Below are positions 56,187-64,000 of a DNA stretch of 64,000 nucleotides, piece by piece (positions within the stretch are counted from its first letter, which is position 1; the number at the start of each line of letters is the position of its first letter). The notes beneath the pieces were generated by a model. It did not search any database. It saw only the letters and a list, made by a program, of their open reading frames with translations, and had not been told where the DNA came from. The stretch is from Callorhinchus milii. Lineage: Eukaryota. Where the stretch lies: the NCBI RefSeq assembly GCF_018977255.1, contig NW_024704761.1, positions 3,968,001-4,032,000 on the forward strand, read 5' to 3'. Both the position numbers and the translations under genes were made by a program.

Positions 56187-56978
56187 NNNNNNNNNNNNNN
56201 NNNNNNNNNNNNNNNNNNNNNNNNNNNNNNNNNNNNNNNNNNNNNNNNNNNNNNNNNNNNNNNNNNNNNNNNNNNNNNNNNNNNNNNNNNNNNNNNNNNN
56301 NNNNNNNNNNNNNNNNNNNNNNNNNNNNNNNNNNNNNNNNNNNNNNNNNNNNNNNNNNNNNNNNNNNNNNNNNNNNNNNNNNNNNNNNNNNNNNNNNNNN
56401 NNNNNNNNNNNNNNNNNNNNNNNNNNNNNNNNNNNNNNNNNNNNNNNNNNNNNNNNNNNNNNNNNNNNNNNNNNNNNNNNNNNNNNNNNNNNNNNNNNNN
56501 NNNNNNNNNNNNNNNNNNNNNNNNNNNNNNNNNNNNNNNNNNNNNNNNNNNNNNNNNNNNNNNNNNNNNNNNNNNNNNNNNNNNNNNNNNNNNNNNNNNN
56601 NNNNNNNNNNNNNNNNNNNNNNNNNNNNNNNNNNNNNNNNNNNNNNNNNNNNNNNNNNNNNNNNNNNNNNNNNNNNNNNNNNNNNNNNNNNNNNNNNNNN
56701 NNNNNNNNNNNNNNNNNNNNNNNNNNNNNNNNNNNNNNNNNNNNNNNNNNNNNNNNNNNNNNNNNNNNNNNNNNNNNNNNNNNNNNNNNNNNNNNNNNNN
56801 NNNNNNNNNNNNNNNNNNNNNNNNNNNNNNNNNNNNNNNNNNNNNNNNNNNNNNNNNNNNNNNNNNNNNNNNNNNNNNNNNNNNNNNNNNNNNNNNNNNN
56901 NNNNNNNNNNNNNNNNNNNNNNNNNNNNNNNNNNNNNNNNNNNNNNNNNNNNNNNNNNNNNNNNNNNNNNNNNNNNNN
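56187..56978. other. Assembly gap (792 N)
   Basis: Run of N inside the GC-rich region upstream of THA1. Confidence 1.
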
Positions 56979-57629
56979 CTCTGTCTCACTCTCTCTAACT
57001 CCCCCCCCCACCCCCCGCAACCCCCCGCACCGCAACCGCAACCACAACCAACCTGCGCCCCTCGCGCAAGGTCGCAGCGTCCCACCGCACCGCTGGGGCA
57101 CCAGCCCACCCGGGGTCTTGGTCGTCCTGCGGCCGTGACGAGGGGCGCGGGGGGGGGGGGGGGAGAGGGCACCGGGAAGGGCGGGAGCTCGTGCGGGGCA
57201 TAACCTCTGGCGCAGGAACTGGCGCTGCGCTTGCAAAGGGCTTTGCGTAACATAAAAAAAGAACCACCACCGAATAATCCTCGCGTTTGATGCCGTGGCC
57301 CGTGTGGAAATGCCTCACCGGGAAACTGCGGCGAAGTGGTGTGACTGCGCACTCGTGGGCGAAACGCACCGGTCGGTTTGCAGGCGGCGAAGTCTCACCG
57401 ACAGCCACGGAGCGAGTGATCCGACTAATTTCCCCCTTGTGGGAGAAACCCCGTTCCCTTCTCAAACAGTGACGCGGGCTCTTCGACATCCACCCGAGTA
57501 GGCAGACAGATCAGCGTCCGCTGCGTTTATACTTTGTATTCACTCGTCGGTGCGTTCTGCGAAGCGCTTTGAGACGTCTCGAAGACGCGATAAGGCGCCA
57601 TATCAAATGCAAGGATTATTACTAACATA

Positions 57630-57900
57630 AGGTTGACGTAAATAGGATGTATCCACTGGTTCGAGAGTCCTTCACCAAGGGATACGAGTGCAAGGTAGCG
57701 ACCGGAGGGTCTAAAAGAGGATTTAGGAGGAATTACTTTCAGCAGAGGATAGCGACATTGTGGAACTCGCTGCCTGGAGCAGTGGTTGAATCAGAGAGTG
57801 TAGATGGGAGTCGAAAGGAAGCGAGACCTTCACATGAGGGAGGCGGGGGGGTAGCAGGTGACGGGAGGGAGTAAGGAGCGGGAGGGAAACTCGTGTGCAC
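57630..57900 (+). mobile_element. CR1 3' fragment
   Basis: RRNYFQQRIATLWNSLPGAVVES. Confidence 0.8.
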
Positions 57901-58834
57901 TGTCTTTCCATGCTGTACATTCTTTGTAAACCTTTAATAATAATAATAATAATAATAATCCTTGCATTTGATATAGCGCTTTTCACGTCGGGAGGACGTC
58001 CCAAAGCGCTTCACAGAACGCTTTGGGAACACAAAGCGCTTTGGACACGTCCCACCTAAAAGACGGCACCTCTGCTGATGCAGTGATCCCGAGTTCTGCA
58101 CTGGAACGACAGCCTCGTTTGGGATTCCCCAACTCCCATCGTGAGGCTGGAGCTCACACCCGGGCACACTGTCTGGGATTACTCACAAAGTGTCTGTGCG
58201 GATCACTGAAATAGTTTTTTTTGGGGGGTCGGGGGGGAAAAGGGGTCACCACAAAGGTAGTCGATGAGATCGTTAAAGCTTACGGTCCCCTCCCACCGGC
58301 TCTCCCTCAGGCTCCACCGCTGTTGAACTCTCCGAGACACTGCCCGGCGTGAAGGGAGCTGTGCAAGTGCAAGTTGTTGTTGACGTTATGAGCGTGTTGA
58401 AGGCAGGGAGAGAGGGCAGGAGGCAAAGGTTTGTGTTAAGAGCGAGTGCGAGGGCAAGTTGATTGCGTGACTGAAGGATACAACAGTGACCCAGAAGCGG
58501 TAATCAGATATCTACGTCACTGTAGCTATTTTTGCTAGAGCTACTGTACGAGCAATATTTGCATGATATTAATACTTCAGATCACTCTAACTCAACCAGC
58601 TGCCACCGACGTAACACCGGAACGCAAGTGCCATGGTTGTTTGGCACGTTGGAGGTGTTGTTGAGAGCTCGATGCCGATTGATGTCATCAATCACCTTCT
58701 TTCCGTGCAGGCTGTGACTTGTTATCTCACACTCTCCGCTGTGTTTCTGCACACCGCGCTATCCTTCTGATTACTGAAAACTAACTTTCAAAATCGCGAG
58801 TGGGCTAAGAACACTTTTGTTGTTTTTATTTTGA

Positions 58835-58975
58835 TAACATAACATAACATGTAGGAGCAGGAGTAGGCCATTCGGTCCTTCGAGCCCGCCCCGCCATTCA
58901 ATCATGGCTGATCTTCTAATCTAACTCCAGCTAATACCATAACCCTGTCTTATCCCCATATCCCCTTAATCCCTT
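58835..58975 (-). mobile_element. CR1 3' tail
   Basis: (AACAT)n GTAGGAGCAGGAGTAGGCCATTCGG. Confidence 0.8.
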
Positions 58976-60141
58976 TTGCAATAAGGTGAATGGGGAGGAG
59001 GGGGAGGGGTGGGGGGGGGGTTGGTCAGCTGGATATTTGACACACCCGGAAACCCGCCACTGTACACAAATCAAACTGAGATTCCCACGTATCGCACCTA
59101 CGCATGAAAATTCCAGAGATCTTTACTGGAATGGAATGTGCACCATCTCTCCCTGGAGCGAAGCGTCCTGCTTACCCAATTCCGGAAGGTATTGGGTCTC
59201 GGTTGGCTGAAGCCTAGGCTTGGAGACCCCAGAGTGTGCGTTGGGTTAACTGCTGGAGTCTAACCAGCTGAACCCACGTAGCCTTGCCATTGATAGCATG
59301 AGTGTCTGGAAAGCTTTCCCGCTGCTTGTCCAGCTAGGGCTTTGGCTTGCGGGGTTCACAGTAGCTTGGTGAGGAGGATTTCCTACCCCCCCCGTTACTG
59401 GTAGTGGAAGAACGTGCTCGCTGCTAGCCAGCCAAGTTAGGCGTCACAGCTTTGCGGGACGAACTATTGTCCACATACGTGGACAATTTGTTATTGCTTT
59501 CGCACCCCAGATACATTCCTTGACTCATGGGAATGGCTTAGCCAAGATAAATCTCTTTCTTCACTGTCAGCGCTGAGTGTTTCTCATAACGTCGACGTTT
59601 GTGAAAACACAATAACAGATGTGTAGAAGGATCCATCTGGCGCAAGCACAAGTCAAAAAAAACGACTGATTGAATTTTGGAGGGGAGTTGGGGTGGGTGA
59701 GGGGCCGTGGGGGGGTGCAGAGCTATAGAAATGACAGTGTTTTTATCTTTTTAAAACGACCACAAGTCTTGTTGTAGGGGAGCCAGACTGTCATCTGTAA
59801 CAAAACAAAGCACTCACTCACACGCGTACGAGAGGGTGCTGTAGGGGGATCAGGAATAGGAATCCTGGCTGCTTTATCTTTTCCCCAGAAAACGACAACA
59901 ACAACAAATTGCATTCACAAAGAACCTTTCACGGTGGGATGACGAGTCCCAAGGTGCTGGAGAAACTCCCTCCTCTTGTTGGAAAAAGCCGTGGGATATT
60001 TAGAAGGCCGTTATACTGGGCCTCGGCTTAACATCTCATCCAGAGGGCACCGCCCCTGACACCTCAACTGAAGCTCAGCACCACTGAAGAGGCAAAGCTT
60101 TAGTACTACACCGGACTGTCAGTCTAGCCTTCCATCTCTCC

Positions 60142-60176
<35 letters not shown>

Positions 60177-63100
60177 GCTCTTCAACCCACTATATAAATG
60201 CAAGCTGTTGTTGTAGTAATAATAATCCTTGTGTTTGATATAGCGCTTTCGAGATGTCTCAAAGGGCTTCACAGGATACATACTGCAAAGTGAATTGACT
60301 GTGTATTTGTTGTTGGTGTTGCTGATCTGGGTCCCATGTGTGGAGAAGGCGGAAGCTGAGGTATGGATTGGCATCTGCCTGGAACATTTTGATATGTAAT
60401 GGCAGATGTATGCTGCCAAGATTATTTTCTACACCAAACAACCTTTTGACATTTGTGGTACAGTAACAACTCCTCTGAGAGCATTTAGCGTGCAGAGAGT
60501 ATTGACTGCTATGTTTTATTTTGGATCAAAGTGGGCTTCGTGAGCAAGCACTACACGGTATCCAGTAAATTAACTTGTGTTCTTCATTCTTGCTTTCAAT
60601 TCTTGTGGTCCCTTCTTCCACAAGAAACGGTGATTTATGAATGGTCCATTCCCTCTTAACTTTACGTCATCCAAATAGCGGCCACTATTCAAAACCAACT
60701 AATGGACGTAGGCGAGGTTTCAGCTTCCAGCTTACACGTTCATTTCATTCACTGGGAAATCAAATGACGGTGAAATTGCTTCAAGTGGCTTTCAACTCCA
60801 CTTATTGTTAAACCAGCATCTTTCAGCCCCGGCCAAACAAGATGCCCAGTGGTAAAAGCGCTTTGGGACGTCTAGAAGACGTGAAAAGCGCTATATCAAA
60901 TGTAAGGATTATTATTATTATTATTATTAAAAGAAAACAAATATTATTATGATGATAATAGTAGCAATAATTCTTGCGTTTCACCTCATCGAAAACATCT
61001 TGGAGCACTTCACAGGATGTATTATAAAGTGTAGTGACATGTATTTTGCAGGCAAACGCGGCAGCTAATTTGCACGCAGCAAGGTCCCGCAGACAGCCAT
61101 GAAGTGAATGATAATGCCTCCCACCCTCCCGTCATTGTAGCTGATTGAGTAAACTTTCAAGTAAGGTGAAATGTACGTGATTTCATTGAGATAATGAGCT
61201 CCTGGATGGATAGGTACACAAACAGCTTTGACCCTCCCACACACACACACACACATACACACACAACAGATGGAACTATTTAGATGTATCTGGATAATTA
61301 AATGCATACATACATAGATACATACTGTTCATAGCGACTTTGAAGCTTGGCACTGATACTGTACATCAGCACTCTGAGACGCGTGAAGGGCACTATACGG
61401 TATCAATGCAAGTTGTTGTACGTAAGCGTGTCACAAGGAGAATGGTGCCTCAAAGAGAAAAGATCTCTCTGCTTGCCTGAATCAGCCCGATTGTATGTGA
61501 ATGCTCGGACGTGTTGAACCACGAGCCTGATTTGAAAAGATATTACCGGCAAATAAATGTTTTCTTGACTAGTTCCCTTATTGTGAAATGGATCCCATTC
61601 CAGTCAATTACAGACAAGTCTTTCTGCCCCTCCTATTTACACAATATCCAGTCTTGCTTCTCTCATTTACTCCCTGTCTTTGAACCGAAAACCAGTTAAC
61701 CGGACAAACAGCAGGAAGCTTGCCAGACAGTTGCTCTCAGTGGCAAGCTATTTGGTTTTAGTTGGTTAAAATCCATGCAGTTAACACAACACACGCTCTG
61801 AGGTCCCCAAGCTCTAGCTTTTCCCAACCTGTTTGGGTGATCATTAAAGATCCCATGACACGATTGGAAAGGAGAAAGACGTTTTTCCCAGTGTCTTTGC
61901 CAACGGTTTTCCATATAAATTGGTTATTCACGTCATTGTTTACCGTACTTTACTGTGTGCAAATTAGCTGCTGACTGTGCCTACGCAGTCACTACATTTG
62001 ACAGCAACTCCTTGTGAAGGAGGCTGTCATTATAGGCGCTGTAACAAATGCAAGCAATAAATGCTAATTCATTACAAATTAACTGAAGCAACTCGGTTAT
62101 CAAGTATTTCATTAAATATTTAATTGCAACTAAATGTATCCCTGCTTTGTTCAGCGGCACATAGTACAAATTCCAATAATTCTCCCACGCGAGAGTTTAA
62201 AATAAAGCAATGTGCGCATTGTGCATTTGTGTAACTGACTGTTGGCATCTCGGATATGCCAGGCAGCAAAACCAGAAAGCAGAGGTTTAAGCCTGGGAAG
62301 GACAGACACTTGAAAGTATTGCTTTACACAGAGGGTAATCGACAACTGGAATTGGTGAGAGTGGCCAATACACAGGAGTCATTTGAGAAACAACTTGAAT
62401 GCTAAAATAGGAAAATGGTAGGGCGGGCGTCCTGAAAGAATGAGCTCAAACGGTCTGAAGGGAATTCTTTAACTGAACCTCTGGTATGAGCTTGGTCTCT
62501 GATTCCCGTTGGAAGAGAAAATGGAGGCTTCCTCAATAACTTGCACTGTGCCTGGGCTTATCTCGGGTCTACAGTGTTGGTCTTTGGTCCATTCATCCAA
62601 TCTCTTCCTCGCGTTCCTTGGCTCACATCGCAAATGTGTTTGATCAAAGTTGGTCCGTCCATTTCAATCACTGCACCAGTGCATTCCATTTCACTCCAGG
62701 TGTAAACGTTACATCAAATGTGTGGGCCCTTCTTATTCTTCTTGTTAATATCTCTGATAAATAAGCCAAACGATTTCAGTTGAACCTGTCAATTATTTTC
62801 TCTCGCTTCCAACAAAGAGCCTGCAATGACAGATGACAAATTGTAGGTGGCAGTACTGTAACAGATCGCTGTTTGCCATCAGGCCAATTAGTGCTTGGCA
62901 AAGCTTTGCCACACTTAACATTTACTCATGTTGAGAAATAAGGAAACGGTCATTATGCCCCAGATGCACATTATTCCCCAAATGTAAGATGCTATTAAAC
63001 ATTGATTAGAAAAGCCAGGCAGTGTTTCCAGCCCTTTGAGCACTATCCACGTCGTGTCACTAGAACGTGCGTAAACTGTGCTGTGTTTCTATTGTTTCTG

Positions 63101-64000
63101 CCCTTTTCATACCCGTGAGTGCTTCAAAAATCACCTTTATCCGAAACGCGTAACCTTACCAGTAGGTTCTTTTGTAAAATACTGGAGACCTGAAACCTTA
63201 CGGTTTGTTTGCCCTCAGAAACAGTCATTACACTTGACAGCAATTGCGTGTGGAGTAGCTGCGAAGTGCTTTGAGACATTTCAGTGGACAAATGCAAAGA
63301 TTATTATTGCTGAATTATTTCCGTTATGTTTTATAGGGGGTCTATTATTCACGCTGTATATTAACCAATCTCCTACGATTAAATACATAATTTTACTTTC
63401 GATACAGCGTGACACATCTCAAAGCGCTTCACATAGAATTGCTGTAAAGCCAAGTGGCTGTGTGTTTGTAGATGTATCAATCTTTTCGGCACTACATCAG
63501 ATGCAATGAATAATTTTTCTTATTAAATAAATGCCACCCATTGTCCTGAGTTTCTTTTGATCTGCCGTGGGAATCAAACCTGCCTCTTTGTGAAGTTTCC
63601 CTTTGTTTTTTTGGAGGGGGAGATACTGTATAAGCACCAGGATGTCTTTCAATCTTGGCTCTGGGTGGAGCTGGCATTTATGACAGATCACAAAGAGAAT
63701 GATTCAATTTTTTCCCTCAGCTAATGTCTTGCATACATCCAACTTTCGGCCTGTGTTCAGAACCGGTTCTAAAAGAGCTTGAGGCTACTGGTGACTGGAA
63801 TTCACTTCAGTAACTTTGCCCAGAAGAATTCCTGGCAGTAACGCATGCGCTGTTGGATCTAAGTTGTAACCCCACTTTCTTGCCAATCCGCCCACAAAAG
63901 TCAATCCGCTTTGCAGTATATTCTGTGAAGTGCTCTGAGATGTCTCAATGACGCGATAATGTGCTATATCATATGTGAGTATTATTATTATTATTATCAC

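Noticed and set aside
55276-57352. Long Pro/Cys/Ala- or Gly-rich ORFs of up to 572 aa
   Set aside because: Artefacts of stop-free minisatellites and translation through the N gap.
60075-60095. RE1/REST-like TCAGCACC half-sites (also near 47414 and 27603)
   Set aside because: The right half-site GGACAG is absent or wrongly spaced.
57000-64000. Search for SOCS3 or another gene after the gap
   Set aside because: No SH2/SOCS-box or other recognisable coding exons; only repeat fragments and non-coding DNA.

Overview
Vertebrate genomic DNA, not microbial. The repeat content (Deu-domain tRNA-SINEs, L2 and CR1 LINEs) and compact introns suggest a cartilaginous fish, plausibly a holocephalan; this is inference. 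I reconstructed five spliced genes exon by exon from GT-AG junctions and reading frame: TK1 (-, 7 exons, 234 aa), AFMID (+, 11 coding exons, with a 1-nt frameshift just before the catalytic His), BIRC5/survivin (+, 4 exons, 144 aa), TMEM235 (+, 4 exons, 210 aa) and an intact L-threonine aldolase THA1 (-, 7 exons, 390 aa; a pseudogene in humans). This is the same order as the human 17q25 block. The rest is introns and intergenic DNA with many SINE, L2 and CR1 fragments, a hAT-Charlie transposon remnant, GC-rich minisatellites at promoters and a 792-nt N gap. I found no convincing novel multi-gene system. The best leads are the AFMID frameshift, a STAT-site cluster in THA1 intron 1, a duplicated CCAAT/E-box/CHR module in the BIRC5 promoter, a recursive-splice-like TMEM235 exon, inverted retroelement pairs and an unclassified dispersed repeat.
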